Shown piece after piece: positions 51,725 through 61,017 of a DNA stretch of 64,000 bases (positions are counted from its first letter, which is position 1; every line of letters begins with the position of its first letter). The DNA lies in assembly GCA_963677485.1 (NCBI GenBank), contig OY781964.1, positions 1,312,001 through 1,376,000 on the forward strand, in the 5' to 3' direction. The translations under genes and the position numbers were made by a program. This DNA is from Armatimonadota bacterium (GTDB lineage Bacteria; Armatimonadota; HRBIN16). The notes under the pieces are model-generated. The model was given only the letters and a program-made list of their open reading frames with translations, did not search any database and had not been told where the DNA came from.

Positions 51725-52249
51725 GTGAATGACTTTGAGATATTCCGTGAAGTGCAATACTTCCCCCGATGGCTTTATTGGCTGCTCTGGCTCTCGCTCG
51801 GTCCAGGCTGTCTCATGTTAGTATACGGAATCTACCAGCAAATGGTGTTACATAAGCCATTTGGTGATAATCCCGGATCCAACATGATGCTGATCATGAC
51901 CTTTATCTTTGAATTCGGAATGCTGGTTCTACTGCTCAAACTGCGGCTGATCACCGTCGTGACCGATCAGGGACTAACCGTTCAGATGCGTCCCTTACAC
52001 CCTCGCCCAGTTCGCATCAAACTGACTGATGTGAAGACCGTGGATGTCATCACCTACAACGCGCTGAGTGACTTCGGTGGATGGGGCATCCGCTACGGAA
52101 CAGGTGGCAAAATCTACAATGCCCAGGGCAACCGCGCGGTTCGTCTCAGCTATGGTTCCGGCACGCATCTTTCGGTGGGCAGTCAACAACCCGAAGAGCT
52201 CTTGACGGCCATTCAAAAACTTTTAAAATCTGGAGTCCAAAATGGATAA
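51725..52249 (+). CDS. Two-TM hypothetical protein with PH-like C-terminus (DUF6141-like)
   Basis: FREVQYF, FGGWGIR, GSQQPEEL; GGAGG RBS before GTG. Confidence 0.65.
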   Translation: MNDFEIFREVQYFPRWLYWLLWLSLGPGCLMLVYGIYQQMVLHKPFGDNPGSNMMLIMTFIFEFGMLVLLLKLRLITVVTDQGLTVQMRPLHPRPVRIKLTDVKTVDVITYNALSDFGGWGIRYGTGGKIYNAQGNRAVRLSYGSGTHLSVGSQQPEELLTAIQKLLKSGVQNG

Positions 52250-52787
52250 TCAACAAGCTAATTTTACCGAAAAACAGAGCTCATTGCTTAGGGTGTTCAC
52301 CAAAGGGGCATGGGTACAACAGGTCTCTATGGGCCTGATACTGGTCATCACCCTCTGGCTGGCGTGGAAAACCTTGTTGCAGGTCGTGCTGGGGCACGTG
52401 GATGCCAGCACGTTCAGCAACCAGATGCTGCTCACGCTGCTAGCGGTATACGTGTTAGGAATGTTCGTCTCATTCTCCATGCGGCTGATATTCACGGTTG
52501 ATGCCGATGGACTGGCCATCACCTGCCCTCCACTGATGTTCAAGCCCTTCCGAGTGGAGACCAAACAGATCAAGAGCCTGCAACTGTGCAGTTACAACGC
52601 TGCGAAAGAGTATGGCGGTTGGGGTATCCGGCGTGGAAACAACGGCCGATGTTTTACCATGGCTGGAACACGGGGCGTGATGATCAGCATGAAAGACGGT
52701 AATCACATCCTCGTCGGCAGCCAGAGGGCTGAGGAGCTCGAAATGGCCCTCTCCGTTCTGCTGCCCACCTCCCGCAAGCGGAAGTAG
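52242..52787 (+). CDS. Paralog of the upstream DUF6141-like protein
   Basis: FTEKQ, YGGWGIR, GSQRAEEL. Confidence 0.65.
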   Translation: MDNQQANFTEKQSSLLRVFTKGAWVQQVSMGLILVITLWLAWKTLLQVVLGHVDASTFSNQMLLTLLAVYVLGMFVSFSMRLIFTVDADGLAITCPPLMFKPFRVETKQIKSLQLCSYNAAKEYGGWGIRRGNNGRCFTMAGTRGVMISMKDGNHILVGSQRAEELEMALSVLLPTSRKRK

Positions 52788-52859
52788 GCATCATTATTCA
52801 AGTTATTGGACAGATCCGTCCGATCTGCCCCATCAGCCCACCTTCGGTAAAATTAAACT

Positions 52860-53633
52860 ATGCTGAACTACATCGACTCGCACTGCCATCTGGGCAGCGA
52901 CCGCTTTGACGACGACCGTGACGGCCGCATCACCCTGGCGAAGGCGCTTGGGGTGACTCGCTGCATAGAGGTCGGCTCCGACCTGCCCTCATCGAAGTTC
53001 GCCATGAAGCTGGCTGAACAACACAAGGGGCTTTCGGCCGCGGTGGGCATACACCCTCACGAGGCATCCAGCCTCACCGCCGAAGTGTTTGAGGAGCTGG
53101 CCTGGCTCTGCACGCAGCCGGGTGCGGTGGCCGTGGGCGAAATCGGGCTGGACTACTATTACAACCACTCACCCCAGGATCAGCAACGTAAGGCGTTCGT
53201 GCAACAGCTTGAGCTGGCGCACAACTACGGTCTGCCTGTGGTGGTGCATTGCCGCGATGCCTGGCAAGAGGTGCTCGAGCTGATGCAGGCCTTCCCGCAC
53301 ATCAATGAAATATGCGGCGTGCTGCACTGCTTCACGGGCAACCTGGAGCAGGCGCAGCTCATGGTAGAGCGCGGCTGGTACCTGGGCGTGGGGGGTATCA
53401 TCACCTTCAATAACGCGCAACCACTTCGCGATGTGGTGCAGCAGATCGATCTGGCCCATCTGCTGCTTGAAACTGACTCGCCCTACCTGGCGCCAGTCCC
53501 CCACCGCGGTAAGCCCAACGCCCCGCAGTATATTCCCGTCATCGCCGCCGCACTGGCGAAACTGAAAGGCGTCAGCCTTGAGGAAGTCGCCGAAGTCACC
53601 ACCCTCAACGCGGAGCGGTTATTCGGGGTGTGA
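52860..53633 (+). CDS. tatD: TatD-family hydrolase
   Basis: DSHCH, GIHPH, GEIGLDY, HCR, HCF, ETDSPYLAP. Confidence 0.95.
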   Translation: MLNYIDSHCHLGSDRFDDDRDGRITLAKALGVTRCIEVGSDLPSSKFAMKLAEQHKGLSAAVGIHPHEASSLTAEVFEELAWLCTQPGAVAVGEIGLDYYYNHSPQDQQRKAFVQQLELAHNYGLPVVVHCRDAWQEVLELMQAFPHINEICGVLHCFTGNLEQAQLMVERGWYLGVGGIITFNNAQPLRDVVQQIDLAHLLLETDSPYLAPVPHRGKPNAPQYIPVIAAALAKLKGVSLEEVAEVTTLNAERLFGV

Positions 53634-54067
53634 CCCGCAAAGGAACTAGTCAGCCTTGAATGACTGTGTCCGGGGCGGTCTGTCAGTACGATAGCGATAG
53701 CAGATAACTATAGACCGCGCCGGTCTGGCGGATAACCGAACCCGTCGACACAGGCCATTGGCGCAGGACGCGGTGATCAGCCCCGATGCCGCGGGTTTAG
53801 TCACCCCACGGGACTGGCGTCCCTATACGGGGTTCCCTCACCGCGCGTCTAACTATTTGCAGCCCGCGAGCGGGCGCAGGGTACCCACCGCCAGCGCCCG
53901 CTGGAGCGAAGCGACGCGGGCAGCCATCTGATCAGCGACGGGTGATGGAGCCCCCTGGGGCGATGGAACCCGTCGACACGGGCCGCTGGTCAACATCTAT
54001 CCTTGGCGCATAGACACCCTGCCACACATCGGGCACCACGAATGACCAGTACCAAGACATGACCGCT

Positions 54068-56812
54068 TTACGCAATAATGATAGAAACCCCCGCCACGCC
54101 CCAGTCGGCGGGCAGGAACAACAGATTTCCGCTGGTGCTGCTCAGGCGGAGCGTCAGCGTATGGTCACCTGCCGCAAGACCGCTCACGTCGAACCGGTAG
54201 GGTGGGGTGACGCGCTTGCCCAGCGACTGACCGTCCACTAGCAGCTCCAGGCAGTCGTGTTTGAGCAGTTCCACATCGAAACCCACGGTCTGGTTGGCCT
54301 GCGGCTCGGAAAGCGAGAAGCGGCCCTCCAAGCCCATCACGCCCATGTACTGCTCCCATCCCTGCTGCATCAGGTTGATCGGCAGGTGCTGAGGGGTGAA
54401 GTTTTCGGCTGTGATGACGCAGTCCACCAGCCGGAAGTCGCCCATCAAGCAGACATCGCATGAGGGCATTACGTCCGCCTCGAAGAAGGCGTCGTTGTGG
54501 ACACTGGTTTCGAACTGCGGATACTCCAACCGCGCCGTCACCTGGTTGGTGCCCACTTTGACCAGACCTAGAATGTCCACGCAGCCCAGCCTGTCCCAAA
54601 CGATCGCCTCTTGTGCCTGCGAAAGATACACACTCTGGCCATTGACGGTCAGGGAGCGCAGATACTCGGTCTCAAACAGCATCCCCAACTGAGTTGGCAG
54701 GCTCTGGCACTCAAACTGAGCACGCATCTCAAAGTGGGTCTCGCCGCGCAGGACGGCAGGGATGCCGGTGCAGTTTCGGGGTAGTTCTGGTATGAACGGG
54801 TCCATACTGGTGGCTGCGATCCAGCCTTCTTGGCCTCTGAACTCCATGTCGGACAGGGTGGCGGTGTTGGCGGTCTCCGGCGTCACACTCCACATCACAT
54901 CCAGAGGCTTCTGATGGCCCAATACGGGCTGAGCTGAGCTGGGCACGGCGGATGAAGTGAGGCTGAGGTATAGACAGCCCTGTGGGGCCATACAGTGCGC
55001 TTCTACGCCCTCCACAGCATACACAGCACCCGACAACGGCTCCCAGCGTGCCATATGCTGGCTTGAGCTGATGTTCACCGACACCGCTTCGGATGTGGTG
55101 TTGCGCAAGGCGAACAACTCACCATCACCGAACTCGTAGCGGGTCACCCGGATGGAACCAGCGGGTGCGTCGGTCTGCAGTGTCAGTCGCTCTGCCCAGC
55201 AGGACTTCTCTGAGGTGATATGTTGGATGATCTGAGCCGCAGGCTGGCGAAGAATCTGCGCGTTTTGTTTCTCCAGTCCGTCCAGCACCGCATCAGTGGC
55301 CTCGAAATATCTGAAATCTGAGGGGGCAATCAGCGCATCATATTCTGCATAAGGGAACTTGATGTGTCCGTCGCACAGCTCAGCCTGTCCCACCATCTCC
55401 GGGAACACAAACTCATAGCTTTCGCCTGCCTCATAGATCGCCCGACATACCTCCTCGGTCAGCGGCATCACCGGTTCCCCAGGCAAGCCAAAGCCGTTCT
55501 GGAAGGGGTTGTTCTGCTCCAGTTGATACTGCGGGTAGAGGACGGCGTAGCGGGCCTGGTGCTGGCCCAGCGAGGGCAGTGCGATGGAACGTGCGAAGGC
55601 ATCGCGGAACTGCGGAAAGAACTCCCACCAGGGGCAGCTTTGGAACAGCGGCGGCCAGTAGGTGCGCTTTCGTACACCGGTCAAGCCCTGATGGAAGCCC
55701 ATCAGCGCGATGTCGTTGATGCCGTAGATGCCGAACATCTGCGCCCGCTGCAGCATATCGGAGAGCCGCAGGTCATATCGCGAGATACCGAACGCCTCGC
55801 AATATACCCGGTCATGCCCGGAATGCCGTGCGATGCTGGGCACCAGCACCTCCTCCATGAACACATGTTCAGGATCGGGCATCATACCCAGGTAGTCGAT
55901 GCCCGGCTCATCCATCAGCGACAGGCACTGGTAGGCACTGCCGGCAAACTTCACCTGCATCAAGAACGCATTCTCCCCCAGATGGCCCGTATACCCCACC
56001 CCGTGAGCGTGGCACCAGTCCGACATCTGGGCGTGGTAGGCCTCCACATGCATCTGCTTCACCACGGCCCAGTAATCCTGGCGGAATTGGCATGGGGCCG
56101 GATCGGTCAGCTCCACATAATGGGCCTGTATGTCGTAGCCATGCATCTTCTCAAACCGCGCAGGCAGCTCGGGTGTCCAGGGCAGTCCGATGGTGTTCCA
56201 GCAGCCCTCCAGCCTCTTCTCGTTGATCACCATTGTGGTGGGCTCATCGGTGAAGAAGCCGCGCACCACCTCATGGAACAGCTCGCCACACTCTTCGTAG
56301 ATTCGCTGGTGGTTCATCTGGATAAAGCAGTTCACCGCGTCGACGGATAGTGTGTCCAGATAGCCGATCTCGTTTTGTGTCCATGGGGCACCAAGCGTGT
56401 TATCAAGCTGCACATCGGGATGAGAGGGCACTGCGGTCACGGCTCCGTGCTCATCCTTGTCGAACTTCAGGAACCAGCCGTTAAACTCCGGGTGCTCGCG
56501 CAGCAGGAAACCGCCAGCCACCCCGCTGGGCCACCCAAACTCGTCATACACCCACACCTTCAGACCGTGCTTCTTAGCAAGTGTCAGCGCATGCCGATAC
56601 CGCTCGAAGAACTCGTCGGACAGGTATGGGATGGTCATACCGTGTACGGGGTGGATCAGGAACTCCCGCAACCCGCTCGCGGCCATTTCAGCCACCACTT
56701 CGTCCATACGGGTATGGTTCATGTCGGCATTCCAGAACCAGAAGGCGCTGGGTCGGTAAGGTTGGCTCATCTCCAACCAGTTTTCGGCAAGGGTGTGCAG
56801 AGAGTTACTCAT
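54068..56812 (-). CDS. Glycoside hydrolase, GH106-like (alpha-L-rhamnosidase-like)
   Basis: FWFWN, YDEFGWPSG.AGG, FFTDEP, PWT, GH..E, PGID, CEAFG; AGGAG RBS before ATG 56812. Confidence 0.7.
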   Translation of the reverse strand: MSNSLHTLAENWLEMSQPYRPSAFWFWNADMNHTRMDEVVAEMAASGLREFLIHPVHGMTIPYLSDEFFERYRHALTLAKKHGLKVWVYDEFGWPSGVAGGFLLREHPEFNGWFLKFDKDEHGAVTAVPSHPDVQLDNTLGAPWTQNEIGYLDTLSVDAVNCFIQMNHQRIYEECGELFHEVVRGFFTDEPTTMVINEKRLEGCWNTIGLPWTPELPARFEKMHGYDIQAHYVELTDPAPCQFRQDYWAVVKQMHVEAYHAQMSDWCHAHGVGYTGHLGENAFLMQVKFAGSAYQCLSLMDEPGIDYLGMMPDPEHVFMEEVLVPSIARHSGHDRVYCEAFGISRYDLRLSDMLQRAQMFGIYGINDIALMGFHQGLTGVRKRTYWPPLFQSCPWWEFFPQFRDAFARSIALPSLGQHQARYAVLYPQYQLEQNNPFQNGFGLPGEPVMPLTEEVCRAIYEAGESYEFVFPEMVGQAELCDGHIKFPYAEYDALIAPSDFRYFEATDAVLDGLEKQNAQILRQPAAQIIQHITSEKSCWAERLTLQTDAPAGSIRVTRYEFGDGELFALRNTTSEAVSVNISSSQHMARWEPLSGAVYAVEGVEAHCMAPQGCLYLSLTSSAVPSSAQPVLGHQKPLDVMWSVTPETANTATLSDMEFRGQEGWIAATSMDPFIPELPRNCTGIPAVLRGETHFEMRAQFECQSLPTQLGMLFETEYLRSLTVNGQSVYLSQAQEAIVWDRLGCVDILGLVKVGTNQVTARLEYPQFETSVHNDAFFEADVMPSCDVCLMGDFRLVDCVITAENFTPQHLPINLMQQGWEQYMGVMGLEGRFSLSEPQANQTVGFDVELLKHDCLELLVDGQSLGKRVTPPYRFDVSGLAAGDHTLTLRLSSTSGNLLFLPADWGVAGVSIIIA

Positions 56813-56880
56813 GATGTCTCCTGAATGATGAACGTATCGGTAATATTTAACCACAACCGCAGTCTTCTGGGCAGACGCAC

Positions 56881-57195
56881 GAAGGGCGGTTCTCGAACCG
56901 CCACGACACGCCAGACCGCGCCAGGGATTTGTCTGAACCACGGATTACACGGATGGGATCGGATAGGTTCGGATGGGAAGGGAGGCCAATCAGGAGATTG
57001 GCGTTCCCAGGGGAATTCCCCCTCTGCGTCCTTGCATCCTTGCGCCTTTGCGTTGGTTGATCGCACCTTTCGTGCCGATAACCAAATCTGCGCAATCTGC
57101 GTCATCTGTGGATTTAAATCCCTTGGTGCCTCATGCCATCAGCTACGGAAATGGCCTTTCCTCGACGCAAGAAGGGCGGTTCGCGAACCGCCCCT
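56881..57195. repeat. Repeat cluster flanking the IS110 left end
   Basis: Two AGGGCGGTTC.CGAACCGCC REPs, GTCTGAACCACGGAT/GCCAATC module, 8-nt and 9-nt tandem triplets. Confidence 0.85.
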
Positions 57196-57209
57196 AGTAC
57201 GCTATATAT

Positions 57210-57410
57210 GGTGAGCTCCCCGGACACCAAAAGCAGTCGGGGAGCTAATCTCACCCCTTAGCTGGGGGTGAAGGAGAAGGATTGGATGCCGGAACCGCCC
57301 CTGGTGGAAAACACCGTGACGTAGATAGGCATCCTTCTCCCAATCAACCCATATCGAACAGTATCTTGGGAGAAAACCCCGTGTTCGCTAGGCTGATTTG
57401 GTTGATTGCA
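57210..57410 (+). ncRNA. Bridge RNA of the IS110 element (ends approximate)
   Basis: Two 5' hairpins; target-binding loop (GAACCGCCCCT 57292-57302, CGTAG 57320-57324) and donor-binding loop (ACAGTATCT 57358-57366, CTAG 57388-57391), each closed by a stem and split by a GAAAA-loop hairpin. Confidence 0.85.
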
Positions 57411-57441
57411 CCATCAATCACTACCAACTGGAGATTACCAC

Positions 57442-58718
57442 ATGCACGAAGTTGAAGACAAAATCTACATCCATTATGTCGGGATCGACATCTCGAAATT
57501 GACGTTTGACGCGTCTGTATTAGGTTCATCGCACAAGCCGATAGACCATAAGGAGTTCAAGAACAACAAGGCCGGATACAAGGAGTTGTTGTCATGGGTG
57601 AAGAAGCTTACCCGAACTCCCGCCTTGTATGCGGCTGAAGCCACCGGGCCTTACAGCCGACCGCTGCTTGATTACCTCTACGAGCACCAGCACGATGCTG
57701 TCCAACTGGAGCCAAAACGGGTTCTCTATCACCGCAAAGCCAAAGGCTGGGAACAAAAGACGGACTGCTCTGACAGCGTGCTAATCGCTGACTATGTGAA
57801 AAGTCACAATGTCTCACTCTATGTCCCTCGTCTAGCATGCTATGATGCGCTTATTGGTTACACCAATGACCGCCGTATGAGGCGATCGCCCAGCGCCAAA
57901 GCTGTCGGCTTACGCGGAGCACAGTGCTGGACGAGATGATCGCTTTTCATGACATGGGCATCAAAAAGCTTGATGTTCAGATCAAAGAGCTTGTGATGAG
58001 TTCACCGCAGATGACCGAAGATATGGCTCTGCTGAAGAGCATTCCGGGTATCGGCGACGTCACAGCAAGCTATTTCCTTGCGAAAATCGGTGATGCTAAA
58101 CGATTTGAAACATCGAAAGCGGTCGCGCGCTATTTCGGAATGAACCCCTGCCCGCAACGGTCAGGAAGCTGCAAGACATACGACGGCTCCATATCCAAGA
58201 TGGGTGACCGATATATGCGGACATTACTCTACTGTGGATCGAGCACTGTGGTGAAGATGGTCAACGGTAAGTCGAAAAAGCTTGGCCAGAGCATGCACGA
58301 CTTCGTGAAGGAACTGCAGCATCCGAATTTGGTAAAGAATCCCAATAAGAAACCGAAGTCCAAGCGAGTTGTCCGGTGCGCAATCATGCGCAAGCAGCTG
58401 GTGCTCATGTGGTCGGTATTAATCAGCCGTCAGCCATATGATCCAAACTTCGGCATCGAACAAGCTTCAAATGCGGCCAACCAGCAACCGCTGACCGACG
58501 CGAACGGACATGTCCAGGATCGTGCCGGAGCGGCCCATGATATAGCCGGTGTAGGCAATGATCCTGGGCTGGACGTGAGCGTTCCAAGACGGGGATGCGT
58601 GGATGGAAATCCCACCAATGAGCCCACTCCTGCCGGCGGTGGTCGGCCCGCATCCCGAAACCGGCCATCGCGCAGTCGGGTGGGCAACAAACCGAGGGTT
58701 CTGACACCAGTATCCTAG
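57442..58718 (+). pseudogene. IS110 recombinase, frameshifted near 57876-57881
   Basis: Frame 1: VGIDISK, EATG.Y, KTD..D; frame 2: SIPGIG, RF....VARYFG..P....SG, ISKMG..Y.R..LY; linker looks shortened. Confidence 0.85.
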
Positions 58719-58970
58719 CTGCGGCAGTCTGCCGATAGCACGCATCGAAGCATAACGATATCTTTCGAAGCCACGAAGATGTCGCACGTCCGTTCGCGAC
58801 TCCGAGCGTCATGTGAGGTGCTACGGACCAACTGATGCCATCTGAGCCTGTTTCTGTCGCGGATCCAGGTTTGGTCTATATGCCACAAACATCACATTAA
58901 CGTTATTCTACGTGGTCTAGAGCCAGTGTCTGATATTCAGGTCCAAATCCCCAGATTTGCCCCTGGGGAC

Positions 58971-58976
58971 TTGACA
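58971..58976 (+). promoter_or_regulatory. -35 box of the circle-junction promoter (partner -10 TACGCT at 57198-57203)
   Basis: TTGACA, then 15 nt to the element end plus AG gives a 17-nt spacer to TACGCT in the circular form. Confidence 0.8.
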
Positions 58977-59030
58977 AAAGCCACAGTATCTACGAATATA
59001 TGCGGTGAGATCGGGTTTTGGGGGCGATGT

Positions 59031-59056
59031 GTAGGGGCGTTTCGAGAAACGCCCTT
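59031..59056 (+). repeat. GTAG-type REP, inverted partner of the interrupted REP
   Basis: GTAGGGGCGTTTCGAGAAACGCCCTT palindrome. Confidence 0.8.
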
Positions 59057-59073
59057 CCCATGCTGCCGACGGT

Positions 59074-60984
59074 TTAGTCTCCCCGCACGGACACAATCCG
59101 AAAGGTGCCGGACTCCACGCTCAGGCTGACCTCGCCGCCCACCAAAGGCATCGCCAGCTCAGGATGCAGCTCATCCTGGCAGCGCAGCGGATTTCGCTCC
59201 GTTATGCCCATCCCACGACGGTGGAAGCTCAAGGCCGTCGTGACCCTGCTGCTGCCCAGATTCGCCACGATGAACAGGGCCCGATGTCCCTTCACCAGAT
59301 AGGCGCTGATCTTGATATTCTCCGTGTTAGAGGAATGGATCAGCTCCTGTGTCTTCCAGTACGGCACCCAGACTGCACCGGTCATCCCGAAAGATCCGAA
59401 GGCTTTCCAGATGTCCGACTGGTGCTCAGGATGCCATATCATCATCACATCGTAGAGTATGGCCAGACTGCGCGCCCGTTCGCGTTCGACCGCATTTCCA
59501 GATATCGGCAATTGGGTGGCGGGTATACCGAAGTTGTGCCCGTGCATCTCTGCACGGAACACATCCTCAGGGTATTCGGGAGTGCCCAGCTTCATCATCG
59601 ACAGCAGATGCTCGCCATCAACGTAGAAATCTGCGAACGAGAGGGCAGGCAGTAGCACGCTAGCCGAGGTGTGGCAGAACAAGATGCCTGGCTTTGCTTG
59701 ATCCTTGACCAGACGATACAGCCCCTTCATCAGCTCCCGCGTGCGCCAGATGGCCATCGTGGGGTGGATTGTGCCATCTTTGCCCCGATACCCGCAACCG
59801 TGCCGGGTGTTAACACACGGCAACGGACAGCTCAAACCGTCGGTGTAAATGCCCCCAAAGCCGTATTCGGCGACTGCCGCGGTGTATTGCTTCAACAGCA
59901 GCTCGGGATAGGGCGTGGCGTTACACACGATACGGCAGATGTCCTGGTTGTCGGGCCTTTGGTACTGGTAGTGATCGCCTATCGGCAGAGAATCCCATCG
60001 GCTCGAATATTCTGGCGATCGAGTGGACATATAGCACCCGGTATAGGGCACAAGCCGCATCCCCTTGGCTCTACAGGCCGCAATCAATGTCCGCAGCTCT
60101 TGAGGGTCTTTCGGCCTGGGCAGGCTCTGCTGGTCGGACCAAGACTCGTGAAACCCCAGATAGTTCACGCCCAGACCAGCCAGCACGTCCAGATAGGCGG
60201 GTTGAGTGGCAGGATCAGGGCTCTTCTCGATGCCGTATCCGCCCATATGGCAATAGCGCATTTGGTAGTAGTCGGCGGGCCACGGCTTCACCGGGGTGGC
60301 CATAAACCCAAAGCACCACTCCCAGTCACCGGTCAACCGATGACGGCTCAGCAGGTTCATCCTGAGGGTCGTCACATTGCAGTCTGGTAGCACCGTGATG
60401 GCACTCTCTGGGTCAGCAGGCGACCAGGGTTCATCGCTTTCGGAAAAGAACTGGATTCCCCTGTCGTCACTGCCCAGCCAAAGATGGTGAACAAACGGCA
60501 GCTTCATCCCCTCAGGCTTGACCGCACCGGCGTTGATGCGCTTTTTGGGCCAGTCCCACACATGAGTCGGGTAGACGGAAGCATGATGGAAATACGAGGC
60601 GTCGCTCCGCTTCAGAGGAATCACCAGATCCAGCGAATCCAGGCTGAGCTCTTTGCCTGCCGAGAGTTTCATGTCGATCCTGGTCATACCATCAAATTCG
60701 GTGGTGATTCGGCAGGTAACGGACAGCTCACGGCTGCTAGCATGGGTCACATACTGCACTGACTCCCTGTCGGAGCTCATTTCTTTGAATTTGATGTTGC
60801 TCCACCGCAGCCTCTTTCCAGCGGTGATGGCGACCAACTGCATCGGCCCAGCAAGGATGTTCTTCTTCTGCGAGATGACTTTCGCCGGAAGCAGCGACAG
60901 GTTGTAGTCGTAAACCCGCCCCCAGCAGTGAACCGACTGCCCCCGTATGACAGGGATGCTCCACGGTGAGATCGTTGCTGCCAT
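59074..60984 (-). CDS. Glycoside hydrolase-like protein (DUF6067-like)
   Basis: EFDG, FGFMATPVKP, GIYTDG, C....HGC, HTS, DGEH motifs. Confidence 0.55.
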   Translation of the reverse strand: MAATISPWSIPVIRGQSVHCWGRVYDYNLSLLPAKVISQKKNILAGPMQLVAITAGKRLRWSNIKFKEMSSDRESVQYVTHASSRELSVTCRITTEFDGMTRIDMKLSAGKELSLDSLDLVIPLKRSDASYFHHASVYPTHVWDWPKKRINAGAVKPEGMKLPFVHHLWLGSDDRGIQFFSESDEPWSPADPESAITVLPDCNVTTLRMNLLSRHRLTGDWEWCFGFMATPVKPWPADYYQMRYCHMGGYGIEKSPDPATQPAYLDVLAGLGVNYLGFHESWSDQQSLPRPKDPQELRTLIAACRAKGMRLVPYTGCYMSTRSPEYSSRWDSLPIGDHYQYQRPDNQDICRIVCNATPYPELLLKQYTAAVAEYGFGGIYTDGLSCPLPCVNTRHGCGYRGKDGTIHPTMAIWRTRELMKGLYRLVKDQAKPGILFCHTSASVLLPALSFADFYVDGEHLLSMMKLGTPEYPEDVFRAEMHGHNFGIPATQLPISGNAVERERARSLAILYDVMMIWHPEHQSDIWKAFGSFGMTGAVWVPYWKTQELIHSSNTENIKISAYLVKGHRALFIVANLGSSRVTTALSFHRRGMGITERNPLRCQDELHPELAMPLVGGEVSLSVESGTFRIVSVRGD

Positions 60985-61017
60985 GACTTAGCTCATCATC
61001 CTTCGCATCGCCTGGTG

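Larger units (their letters stand above)
57196..58991 (+). mobile_element. IS110-family (IS621-like) insertion sequence, 1796 bp, inserted at the CT core of a REP
   Basis: CT at 57194-57195 and 58990-58991; removing the element restores GAAGGGCGGTTCGCGAACCGCCCCTACGAAT, 29/31 identical to 12701-12731; DEDD and Tnp20 domains inside. Confidence 0.92.

Noticed and set aside
53730-53850. c-di-AMP (ydaO), TPP or cobalamin riboswitch; SRP or 6S RNA
   Set aside because: Isolated look-alike words (CCGAACCCGTC, GGGAACC), but the other conserved elements are missing or out of order, and the region lies between convergent genes.
55364-56350. Long antisense ORFs (also 42489-43292, 39766-40503, 62315-63184, 23883-24638)
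   Set aside because: Shadow frames of GC-rich real genes with no recognisable motifs.
57196-57225. IS1111-type subterminal inverted repeats
   Set aside because: Only a weak TCCCC/GGGGA match to the right end; the ncRNA is upstream of the gene, as in the IS110 group.
57870-57939. Programmed ribosomal frameshift in the IS110 gene
   Set aside because: No slippery heptamer is seen, and the linker looks shortened; IS110 recombinases are normally single ORFs.
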